Assembly: GCF_006345805.1 (NCBI RefSeq)
Contig: NC_042998.1
Coordinates: 21,700,001-21,764,000, forward strand
Reading direction: 5' to 3'
Source: Octopus sinensis
Lineage: Eukaryota
Length of the DNA stretch: 64,000 nt
Shown here: positions 52,893 through 64,000 of the stretch, one piece after another
Numbering within the stretch: position 1 is the stretch's first letter
Layout of the letters: each line of letters starts with the position of its first letter
The notes under the pieces: generated by a model
What the model was told of the DNA's origin: nothing
Seen by the model: the letters and a program-made list of their open reading frames with translations, nothing else
Database searches by the model: none
Translations under genes and position numbers: made by a program

Positions 52893-53500
52893 ACCTATTT
52901 CTTTACTACCCACAAGGGGCTAAACACAGAGGGGACAAACAAGGACAGACAAACAGATCAAGTCGATTACATCGACCCCAGTGCGTAACTGGTACTTAAT
53001 TTATCGACCCCAAAAGGATGAAAGGCAAAGTCGACCTCGGTGGAATTTGAACTCAGAACGTAACGGCAGACGAAATACGGCTACGCATTTCGCCCGGCGT
53101 GCTAACGATTCTGCCAGCTCGCCGCCTTCTACCTATATAATATATTCTTGTCTGTCATTTGACTGCAGCCATGCTGGAGCAGCGTCTTTAGTCGAGCAAA
53201 TCTACCCCCATGACTTATTTTTTGTAAGCCTAGTACTAATTCTATCGGTCTTTTTTCTCGAACCGCTAAGTTACGGGGACGTAAATACACCAACATCGCT
53301 TGTCAAGCGATGGGGGTGGGGCAAACAGACATACAAATACAGATATGTATATATATTCAACGGGCTTCTTTCAGTTTCCGTCAACCAAATCTACTCACAA
53401 GGCTTTGGTCAGCCCGAGGCTATAGCAGAAGACACCTGCCCAAGGTGCCATGTAGTGGGACTGAACCCGGAACCGTGTGGGTGGAAAGCAACCTTATTAC
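52893..53500 (-). mobile_element. SINE C (52893-53128) followed by SINE A (53148-53500)
   Basis: Family matches. Confidence 0.8.
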
Positions 53501-53523
53501 CACTCATGCACACACACAATATA

Positions 53524-53763
53524 GGTACTATTTAAGAAGAGCGGTCCCGGTGCGCCCACTCGCGCTAGCTAGTCGTGACTAGTCGATCATACAACGACTA
53601 CCTAGCAAAGCAAATAAAACACAAAATGAATAATTTTTTTTACACAAAGTAAATCATTTTTTAAACAAAGTAAATAAAACAGAAAGTAAGGATCAACTAG
53701 TCACGACTAGCTAGCGCGTATGCGCGAGTACGCGCACCGGGACCATTCTTCTTAAATAGTACC
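53524..53763. mobile_element. Foldback MITE with about 65-bp TIRs in TA context
   Basis: GGTACTATTTAAGAAGA..GGTCCCGGTGCGC..CTAGCTAGTCGTGACTAGT and its reverse complement. Confidence 0.8.
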
Positions 53764-53766
53764 TAT

Positions 53767-53800
<34 letters not shown>

Positions 53801-54309
53801 AGTTAATCCAAACAAGAAAGCACAAAAAAACACAACAACGCGAGGACTTGGAACAAATATAGTATTATTGGACGCTCAGGAAAGAAGGAGGGTTTAACGT
53901 TTCGAGCGGAGCTTTTCGTCGGAAACATAGGAGAAGGAAAGATCCAAGGAAGGGAAGGCAGAGGAAAAAAATTGCCAACGGTACACACGCGGTCACATTT
54001 TGAATGACCGGAAGGAAATATATAAAGTATTAATTTGAAAGAGACAAATTCTAAGGTCAATAATACACATCATCAAAGCCGATACATATCTAAACACAGT
54101 GGGCATCTATAAGCCATTATAAGCATGCCAACACAACATACAAAAACATATATATATACATATAATAGTGTAAATTCGCTCCCAAATCAAAGTCGGATAA
54201 GTAATTGAATAAATAAATACATACAGATAAATTAAGAAGTCCAAGCTGACGAGGTAACAGTTCTCAATAATCAAAAGGGAAGTCGTCAAATGAATCCAAT
54301 AAATAGAAA

Positions 54310-54399
54310 GACTCTTACGGCCATTTCCGGGAAAGTGCGAAGAAGTGTGTAGGTAAGAGTTTTTGAACTTCGGTAATCCACATTTCCTTTGTCAGAGAA
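54310..54399 (-). ncRNA. Degenerate long-stem-II hammerhead
   Basis: Minus strand: TTCT-CTGACAA-AGGAAATGTG...CACTTTCCCG-GAAA-TGGCCG-TA-AGAG. Confidence 0.5.
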
Positions 54400-55046
54400 T
54401 ATGTAGGGATTTGGAATTTTTAAAGAAACTCATATAATTATTCGAGGGATTGTAAAAATATGTTTAAGAATATACAGTAATTAGATACAAGTATAAGAAT
54501 TTCATAAATTCCGGTATTCCATGTGGTTGGGCGAATGTTGATAGTGTAGAACTGCTAAGAAAAATTACCAAAAACAAAAAAAAAAAAGAAGTTTAGCTCG
54601 TCCATGAAATATGTGCGATTATAAGCTAGGACGAGTTCAAAATTTGGTGGGGTAAGATGATTAAAATGTTTAGATTAAATAGGGTTTTTTTCATATAATA
54701 AACTTTTTTTATTCCCAGTTTTCCCTGTTATAATTTAAAACAGCACGACCATAGGACCGTGAAGTCTTGTATAGAACGAATGGAGACAGGAGCCTTTTTT
54801 ATGTGAAATGAAAGAAAAAGCGAAAGCAACAATAATAATAAATAACAAAGAAAGAGAAGAGAGAGAAAAGAAGGAATAATAAATGGATAAATAAGATAAA
54901 ATAATTCTGCTAATACGATCTTAAATGCAATCAAGCTCCATCTTTCTGTAGACTGTCAATATTGAAAACATCTAACGAGTTCAAAATTTGGTGCGATAAG
55001 ATGATTAAAATCTATAGATTAAATAAATTATTATACTGAGAAAGAT

Positions 55047-55157
55047 ACTTACGGCCAAATCACGTTGAAAGCACCGGTTCTCGTCCGATTACCGAAGTTA
55101 AGCAACGTCGAACCTAGTGAGTACTTTGATGGCTGACCGCTTGGGAAACCTGTAAGC
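55047..55157 (+). pseudogene. 5S rRNA pseudogene with substitutions and a 3' deletion
   Basis: CTTACGGCCA.ATCACGTTGAAAGCACCGGTTCTCGTCCGAT.ACCGAAGTTAAGCAACGTCGA..AGTACTT.GATGG.TGACCGCTTGGGAA..CTGTAAGC matches the metazoan 5S pattern. Confidence 0.9.
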
Positions 55158-55171
55158 AACCCAAACTTTCG

Positions 55172-55937
55172 AAGGCGGCGAGCTGGCAGAACCGTTAGCA
55201 CGCTGGGCGAAATGCGTAGCCGTATTTCGTCTGCCGTTACGTTCTGAGTTCAAATTCCGCCGAGGTCGACTTTGCCTTTCATCCTTTCGGGGTCGATAAA
55301 TTGATTACCAGTTACGCACTGGCGTCGATATAATCGACTTAATCCGTTTGTCTGTCCTTGTTTGTCCTCTCTGTGTTTAGCCCCTTGTGGGTAGTAAAGA
55401 AATAGAAATAGATATTTTGTCTGTCTGAACGTTCTGAGTTCAAATTCCACCGAGGTCGACTTTGCCTTTCATCCTTTCGGGGTCGATTAAATAAGTACCA
55501 GTTACGCACTGGGGTCGATATAATCGACTTAATCCGTTTGTCTGTCCTTGTTTGTCCCCTCTGTGTGTAGCTCCTTGTGGGCAGCAAAGAAATAGATATT
55601 TCGTCTGCCATTACGTTCTGAGTTCAAATTCCGCCGAGGTCGACTTTGCCATTCATACTTTCAGGGTGGATTAAATAAGCACCAGTTACGCACTGGAGTC
55701 GATATATTCGACTTAATCCGTTTGTCTGTCCTTGTTTGTCCCCTCTATGTGTAATAAGAATCGTTCGCACGCTGGACGAAATACTTGGCGGGATTTTGCC
55801 CGTAGCTACGTTCTGAGTTCAAATTCCGCCGCGGTCGACTTTGCCTTTCATCTTTTCGGGGTCGATAAAATAAGTACTAGTCGAACACTGGGATCTATGT
55901 AATCGACTCATCCCAAGCTGCCCTTGTGGCAAAAATT
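55172..55937 (+). mobile_element. SINE C trimer plus an adjacent older copy
   Basis: One head at 55172 followed by tandem units of about 185-190 bp. Confidence 0.85.
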
Positions 55938-56224
55938 TAAGAGTACTTTTCTACTTTTAAATTTTTCTCAGTATTATAATTATTTAATCTCAACATTTTA
56001 ATCATCTTATCCCACAAAATTTTTAACTCGCCCTAGCTTATAATCGCACATATTTCATGGACGAGCTAAACATAAACTTCGTAATTTTTTTTTGTTTTTG
56101 TAATTTTTCTTTGTAGTTCTTCACTATGAACATTCGCCCAACGACAGATATATACGTGTGTGTGTGCATGTATATACAATGTATGTGTATACATGTATGT
56201 ATATATATATATATATATATAACA

Positions 56225-56975
56225 TTGGTACGACTCTACTCTGTCTCTTTTCCCCCCTCTCCTACTTTTCTCTGCCTTCACCCTTTTCACTCCCCTTGTT
56301 CTGTCTCTTTCCCTCTTTTTCTTCTCCTCCCTTGTTCCCCTTCTTTCTTTCTCTCTTCCTCCGTCCCTCCTCTCCCACATTTCTCTGCCTCTCAGACCTT
56401 ATACCCCACCTGACCTGTCCCTTTCCCTCTCCTGCTTCTCTCTTCATCTGTCCCTTCCTCCTTTTTGTGCTCACGTGACCAGCTAGCTACTACTGCCTTT
56501 CGCATCAAGTAGTTGGCTTGACCACACGTATGTGTTTGTGCTCCGTTTGCCTTCAGGCATTTTTACCACAGCCAGCCCTATACTCAACTCGTCCTGTCGA
56601 AAGACGCTTGTCCTGACGTCCTGGTTTTGTTATGATTGTTTTTACGTTATTTTGTATTTTTATCCGTGCTTTCTTTATTGTTTTTACGTATTTTTGAATT
56701 TTTTTTTTTTTTTCGAGTAACATCGTCCGTTTTTCCGTCACCGTGTTGTATACTTTCGAGGTTTTCTTCCAAGGAATCTAATGAGATTGGCTTAGATTTC
56801 CCTTGGTTGGCTGCCCAGATTGGAGCAATCTCAAGATTAATCAGCCGAAATTGCGAAGATGATCTGGTTCTTGACTGATGACTGAGAGCTTCGAAAGTCC
56901 CGTCTGTGTGTTTTTTTGCCGTCTTCAAAATGTTTCACGTTCTTGTCCCAGTTTGTGTTTTTTTAACGTTTACCT
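56225..56975. mobile_element. Unclassified repeat related to 5400-5885
   Basis: Colinear core at 56769-56905. Confidence 0.6.
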
Positions 56976-57024
56976 ATATATATATATATATACATGTGTG
57001 TATGTATGTATAGACACATGTGTG

Positions 57025-57480
<456 letters not shown>

Positions 57481-57491
57481 ATATATTTATA

Positions 57492-58260
57492 CTAGCAGTA
57501 TTGCCTGGCTCGTGTGTTTTATGCACACGCGAATTAAGCTAAACTTGGATGAAGTTCAACCAAAATTCAATTATTTTGGTTTTAAAATCAAGCATTTCAT
57601 GCCCTCTATTTTTGCGCTTATGTGTTCCATTTCCTCAATAGGAAGTACGTAGAAGCGTTTCATAAATTTTTGTTGATCAAATAATTGCATTGTTGAATTA
57701 TTCTTTTAGATCAGTGTTTCTCAACGGGGATTTCAGGGAGTCGCTGGCGATGTATCGTGATGATCAAAAATCCGGCCTGCTAAAATTTGGTTAAAGTGAT
57801 TCAAACTGCAGACTCAACGCAAAATGGTCACATTTAATTCAAAGCGTTAAAAATGTTATGAAAACAATTGGTATGTGTTCACAAAGTCCAAACGATTAAT
57901 ACCAAAAAACCCTCCAGGCTACATCCCAAAAATTCATTTCTTTGCCGAATTTCTACAATGTTTACGGCGATTCGTTTTTATATTTTTATTTTTTTTATTT
58001 TTCATGCAATTTACGCAAGCTTGCACGCGTGGTGAATACAGTTCACGTCAAACAGCTGACTGAGTAAAGTTTACTATTCAATGCATGGGATAAGGCCAAA
58101 ACAAACACATTATCTATTTCTGCACTTGCGAGTTGAATTTCGGAACAGAAATAGCGCAGTTCAATTTTCATTCGCCTGAACTTTAAGTGACCCATTTTTG
58201 GTGGCTCTACGATTTGTTGGCTAGGAGATGTGCCGGGAAGTTGAGTTTTATATATATAGA
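57492..58260 (-). mobile_element. Decayed non-autonomous Helitron
   Basis: A|CTAGCAGTATTGCCTGGC ... TTTTATATATATAGA|T. Confidence 0.55.
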
Positions 58261-58562
58261 TATAAAATTCTTCTGCTATCTTTCTTTTCCCTTTTTCTAT
58301 CTCTAAACAAGCCTCCAAAAATCTACCACACACATATATTCACTCACTCACACACACATAGATGCACATGCATGTATACACCCTCGTGTGTGTAAGAAAG
58401 TAATTTCATTTTTCGCAAATAGAGTTACGATTTTTTTTAATGACTTTTGTCCATGTTATGATTTTTTCCTTTTGACATTTGATAGCCATTACTTTTAGCT
58501 TACTTTGGAAGCAAATTGCACGTAATTTTGTTTACAGCTGTTAGTTCAGTGTCAATTTTAAT

Positions 58563-59558
58563 ATGGAGTGCAAAAACGTTTTCGCCATATTTTGCTCTTT
58601 TATTTCCGTAAAGGCAAGAAAGCTGAGGTTCACAAAGAGATGTGTGAAGTTTATGGTGTTTATTGCTTAACAGAACGCACATGTCAGAAATGGTTTTAAA
58701 AATTACGTTCTGGAGATTTTTCCCTCAAAGATGACCAACGTTCTGGTTGACCTACTGATGTTGATGATGACCGAATCAAAGCCACAATTGAATTTGATTA
58801 TCACATATCTGTGCGAGAGATTGCAGAGAGGTTAAATGTATCACATACACCAATTAAAAATCACTTAAAATGTCTTGGACTCGTTAAGAAACTTGATATT
58901 TGGGTTCCACATGAATTGAAAGAGTTTCACTGAACACAATGAATCAATATTTGTGATATGCATCTCAAACACAATGAAATCAACCTCTTTTTTGAAACAA
59001 ATCATTAGTGGTGATGTAAAATGGATTGTCTACAATTGCATCAATCAAAAGTGATCATGATCCAAGTGTAATGAACTAGCACAAACAACATCAAAAGCTG
59101 AATTGCATCGAGAAAGATTATGCTGTCAATTTCGTGGAATTACAAAGGTGTTGTGTAATTTGAGCTGCTTCCAAGGAACCAAACGATCAATTCAGATGTT
59201 TACTGTCAACAACTAATGAAACAGGAGGAAGCAGTCAAAGAAAAATGGCCAAGAATTTGCAAATCGTAAAGGAATCTTGTTCCACCAAGACAATACTAGA
59301 CCACACACGTCTTTGCTGACTCGTGAAAAATTATTGGAGCTCGGTTGGCAAGTGATGTCATATCTACCATAAAGCCCTGACCTTGCAACATCAGATTACC
59401 ATTTATTACCAAGTTTGCAAAGTTCTTTGAATAGTAAAATTTTCAATGATGATTATGACCTGAAATCACCATTCTTTCAGTTTTGGGCTAAGGACGGAAT
59501 CATGAGGTTGCCAGAAAGATGGCAAAAGGCCACTGAACAAAATGGAAAATATATAACT
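58563..59558 (+). pseudogene. Mariner transposase pseudogene
   Basis: FRHILLFYFRKG, RSG*P, WVPHEL, GDVKW, HQDNTRPH, *SPDLATSDYHL, LPERWQK. Confidence 0.9.
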
Positions 59559-62500
59559 TTTTTCTGTAGTTTCAGCTCAGAGCTGCAGCCATGCTGATAC
59601 ACCGCCGTTTTGCTACACTGAGAGCCTCCTCCAATATGTGGCACTTGGTGAAGAATGGTTTTGATGTAGCTACCTTCATTTGCACCTCTTGCCGTGAGGT
59701 AGGTTCATCTGTGACTCTCGACAGGAAGAGGTACAGCTTTGATTTAAAAACACCTATATCTACTTTGTGCAGGTTCCTCAGGCTCTTTGGGAGAATATTA
59801 AAAAGCTGTGGGCCCATGAAACCCAGGCTATTGCAGTAACTGGTCCTGAAGCGTCATGGCGTTATGGGATCTTTGGCACTATGCAGTGTCGTCCCGTTCT
59901 GGTATTTGTGTAGCTTTCAATGCCAAACTTTGGCACAATTCCTTCCAGGATCTTCCAGATGTATATTACTGCATACCTCCCCCATCTGCTCTCCAGGGAG
60001 TAGAGTCTTAGCTGTTTCAGCCTTTCCAGTAGCTGAGCTGTTGCAAAGGGACGATCTTCTTTGTGAATCTTCTCTGGATTGCTTCAAGGTCCGCTGTTAA
60101 TTTCACACTGGTGGGTGACCATAGCTGTGAGCAGTAATCCAGGCGGCTGAGGACCAATGTCCTCCAGAGAACCATCATGGTTTCCTTATCTCTGGTTCTG
60201 AATGTTCTCAGGATCCATCCAACCAGTCGTCTGCACTTTGTCGCCATCCTGGTAATGTGCACTTGGAAAGAGGTATCATTACTCATGTCGATACCCAGGT
60301 CCGTCACTCATTTAGGCTCTGAGGTTGAAATTCCCTGTGGACCGGTGTACCCTGTAAGCTTCATATTCAGTTTTGGACGCTGGTAGCGCAGGGCTTGGAA
60401 TTTTCAGCATCAAACTGCATATCATTATCCTCAGCCCATCTGTAAATTGAGTCCAACTCCTGCTGCAGATGTGCAACATCGCTGGGGTTCTGTATTTTCT
60501 GCGAGACTTTCGTATCGTCTGCGTACCTTGCAAGGGTGGATATCCGGTTACTTGAGGGCATATCTGAGAGGGCCAATATAAAAAGCAGTGGTCACAAGAC
60601 AGTGCCCTGTGGAACACCGCTCACTATTTGTATTTTCATAGAGGTGGCTCCATTAGCCACTACTACCTGACTTCTATCTTTCAGAAAGTCATATAACCAC
60701 TCTCCAAGTTTTTCAGCTATGCTGAGATCACGTGGTTTGTGGCATATCATACCATGATCCACCTTGTCAAAAGCTTTTGCAAAATCAAGGTGTATATTAC
60801 ATCCACATTTGATTTGTTGCCTCAACACCCAGTCATAATGTTGTAAGAGCTGGGTCAGGCAGCTCCTACCTGGTCGAAAACCATGCTGGGTATCACTCAG
60901 CAAGTTATTTTCTTCAAGTAATGCGATTAGTTTCCCTGACTTTGCTGATGTGTGAAGTCAGAGAGATAGGCCTATAGTTTTTGGCATCTGCTCTGCTTCC
61001 CCCTTTATGGATTGGACATATTATTCCCTCCTTCAGCTTGCCGGGCAGCCTGCCATTTGCAAGAAAGCTCTGGAAGAGAATCTGGAGGTATTTTGCCAGG
61101 GCATGCTTACACGATTTGAGGAGAATTGCTGGGAAACCATCAGGACCAGCAGTTGAGTTTGAGTACGCTTCATCTATGGCTAGTAGTATATCTTCTTCGC
61201 TAATGTCAATGTATTCCATTGTAACTGCCTCGCTGGTTATAGGTGAGGCGGAAAAGAAGTCCACTGGTTCGTTCACTTATCTGTGTTCCAACGGGGTAGT
61301 AAAGACACTTTTGAACTGATCATTCAGTACTTCACTGATCCTAGTTGAACTGTCTGTGAGGGAGCCATCCTTTTGGAAGAGGGGTCCTATCTTGCAGCGT
61401 ACTGAGACTGCTTCTTTCGCGTAACGAAAGAAGGCCTTTGGGTTTGACTTAATGTTTTTTATAACCCAGGCTTCTGTCTGCTCTCTCTCTCTCTCACATA
61501 GGATTGTTGCAGCCTTTTTTCAATCTCCATCAGTGTTGTTTTTAGGCGGGACCTTTCACTACTTTTGGGATGTTAATTGAGTCGATTTGCAACCTTCGTC
61601 CGTCGTCTCATGAGAATCTTCCTCTCCCTTGGAATCTTGTTCTTATTTATTTTGGCCTTGTTCTCTGGGACATATTTCTGGCATACGGCTTGCACAGAAG
61701 ACATGAAACATTCTAGTTTCATGTCAATGTCTGATGTGGAGAGACATTTCGGCCAGTCTTCTCTGAGGATCTCTTTTTGGATCGATTTCCAGTCTGCTTT
61801 GTGGAAGTTCAGATTGGAGAGATTTCGGCTACTTTCGGCCCAAACATAGACAGCTCTATTATGTTGAGATCCGAGACTAATGTCGGCGTCACTTTCACAT
61901 CATGAATGATGTCCATATTGTTCGTGAAGCAGAAATTCAGAATGTTATTCGCCCTAGTTGGTCTGAATACAGCTTGCTCCATGAATAGGGCATTGACGAG
62001 GTTGAGCAGGGACTCCACCTGTGCTTGCTTGCAATGAGTCATTCTTGAAAGTATGAGACCTTCGGGCCATTTGACATTGGGGAGTTGAAATCACCCATAA
62101 GAAATATGGCCACGTGGTGTTCCAGTTTCATGAGGATTTCTTTAATTCTTGTGAAGCAGTCTTCAAACTTGCTTATGTGGTTTGGAGCATCCGGTGGGCA
62201 ATATGTATTGCATATGACTATATTATGTTGTCTTATGTATACAATTAGAGTGTCACATACTGAATTTGAGTATGACCGTAAGACCTGGTGTGCGAGGTCA
62301 TCACGGATGTATACAGCAACTCCACCATGGCTCCTTTCCCTTTTGTTTGTTCGCAGTATGCCATATTTTGGTACGTGCGCTTCTGCATCCTCTATATCAG
62401 GGCTGAGGTGAGTTTCTACGACTGCTATGCATAGGGTTTGATTGGATGCAGCAAGATCTCTCACGAAAGAAATTTTGCTTTTATTATGATGCAACAGGAC

Positions 62501-63205
62501 CCCAATATTTAGTAAAAAAAATATTGGCGTGACGACTGTGCAGGCATTAGGAGAGGCCATCCCGTGTCTGTTGACTGTGGTGGTCTTGCGCAGTGGTGGG
62601 CAAGGTTCCTTGTTTGTGTTTGGTGTAGCCGGGTCAGCTGCTGTACAATCCTTTGCGCCCAGCACAAAAAAGACTCTTGCTCAGCTGCTGTACTGCACAT
62701 AACCTCTGAAGAGCGCACGTCTTACGTAAATTTTTTCCTTGGAGAAATCTGCTGTCTTTCCTCAGGGACGTTTTTCTCCTTAAGATTCCTGTAGTTTTGG
62801 CGGGGTGTCGGTTGGGCAAATCGGCAGTTTTTGCCGTTTTCCCCATGCCAACATTTGCTCTGCAGGTAAAATCTGCAGGTTCTTGAGTGCCTTCCAAATT
62901 TCCTCTTTCCTGTAGAATTTTTGGATGGCATTGGATCCTCCATGGGGTTTTCTGGGGTTTTTTTGTTTGGTGGGTTGGGGCTTCAGTTTTGGTTGTTTCA
63001 TTTTTGCCTTTTCCTTTTTCTTCCTTTCCTTCTTTATGTTTGTGTTTGTGTTCCGTCCTTCATTTTCTTGTGGTGGGAACTTTTTTCCTCTGGTTGTCCA
63101 ATGGGGTGAGGGCTCCGTTCCTTTGTAGGACCACTGGCACAGAGGGGCTTCTTGTTGCTGCTCCCTTGGCTCCCCTATCCTTTTCCGCCTGGTCGTTCAC
63201 AGAGG
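59559..63205 (-). mobile_element. CR1-group LINE, 3.6 kb: ORF1 remnant, APE and RT, frameshifted
   Basis: APE motifs AVVETHL, HGGVAVY, MGDFN; RT motifs AGPDG, NYRPISLTS, QHGFRPGRSC, LDFAKAFDKV, GVPQG, YADD; CR1-like LDYCSQLWSP. Confidence 0.92.
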
Positions 63206-63580
63206 TGATTAAAGTTCATTCTTAATATTAAAAAAAAGACTTTTATTTCACACACACACACAAAAAAAAAAAAACGAAATTACTTTCTTGCCAACCCAAT
63301 AGAATCGAAATAATAAAGAAGATTTTTTTTCCAATTCAACTCCAGATATTTTTTCAACTAAGTCATTTACACAAAGCTTGAATTTTCTGTAAATAAATCA
63401 TTCATGATGATTTTCTCAAAAGGAGATGTAAATGTTAAATAAATCATTATCTACAATTTTGATTACCATTTTTCTTGATTTTATATATATATATGTATAT
63501 GTATGTATATATATACATACAAACTCACATTCATATATTCATATATATGCATGTATATATGTGTGTGCATATGTATGTAT

Positions 63581-63611
<31 letters not shown>

Positions 63612-64000
63612 TTGTACATGTTTGAGCATCTATGTATGTATGTATTTATGTATGTATGTATGTATGTATGTATGTATGTATATATATATATATATATATT
63701 TGTACATGTTTGAGCATCTATGTTGTATGTATGTATGTATGTATGTATGTATGTACATAATAAACTTGTTAATATATTTTGGGTTACTCAGAGTTTATAT
63801 TACCTAGCTTCTTGCCAATTATCAATTGATCTGGCCCAGAAATCATTAAAGATTTAGTTTATATTTTTTTTATATTTACTTATATTTACTTTAATATATA
63901 ATTATATTTTCCCCAATAAATGTAATTACATTTTCCCCATATATTTAATAATATTTTCTTCCTTCAGACTCACTCCCCCGCTGCTTACCCATTTCTTTAA

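Larger units (their letters stand above)
54304..56146. mobile_element. PLE-type inverted repeat structure enclosing a 5S copy and a SINE C multimer
   Basis: 54522-54682 and 54975-55043 are reverse complements of parts of 55938-56146; HHR-like motif at 54310-54399 (minus). Confidence 0.65.
58394..63299 (+). mobile_element. Mariner transposon split by a LINE insertion
   Basis: Left TIR remnant AAGAAAGTAATTTC (58394); right TIR GAAATTACTTTCTTGCCAACCCAA|TA (63276-63299); coding end GKYIT|D* is split between 59558 and 63206. Confidence 0.85.

Noticed and set aside
55047-55157. Functional 5S rRNA gene
   Set aside because: Substitutions in the internal control region, a 3' deletion and no oligo-T terminator
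56875-56904. Hammerhead from CTGATGA...GAAA
   Set aside because: Stems I, II and III cannot be formed; kept only as part of an unassigned structured motif

Overview
Eukaryotic, AT-rich, repeat-saturated animal DNA. The SINE families, Helitrons, LINE remnants and 5S sequence look like Octopus/cephalopod DNA (inference from pattern recognition, not a search). No intact host protein-coding gene is supportable, and most ORFs in the track are microsatellite artefacts. The window holds decayed Tc1/mariner transposons, a large CR1-group LINE nested in a mariner, RLE-LINE remnants, Penelope-like elements (PLEs), non-autonomous Helitrons, several MITEs, at least four tRNA-headed SINE families and a 5S rRNA pseudogene. 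The main hidden signal is a dense set of about a dozen hammerhead-ribozyme (HHR)-like motifs in PLE-type repeats. These include type I HHRs with very long stem II, a 600-nt retrozyme-like unit, a tRNA-promoter plus HHR element, and a 5S copy fused at an HHR cleavage-site sequence. A separate repeat carries a possible multi-pseudoknot RNA motif. All folding and alignments were done by eye; coordinates may be off by a few bases.
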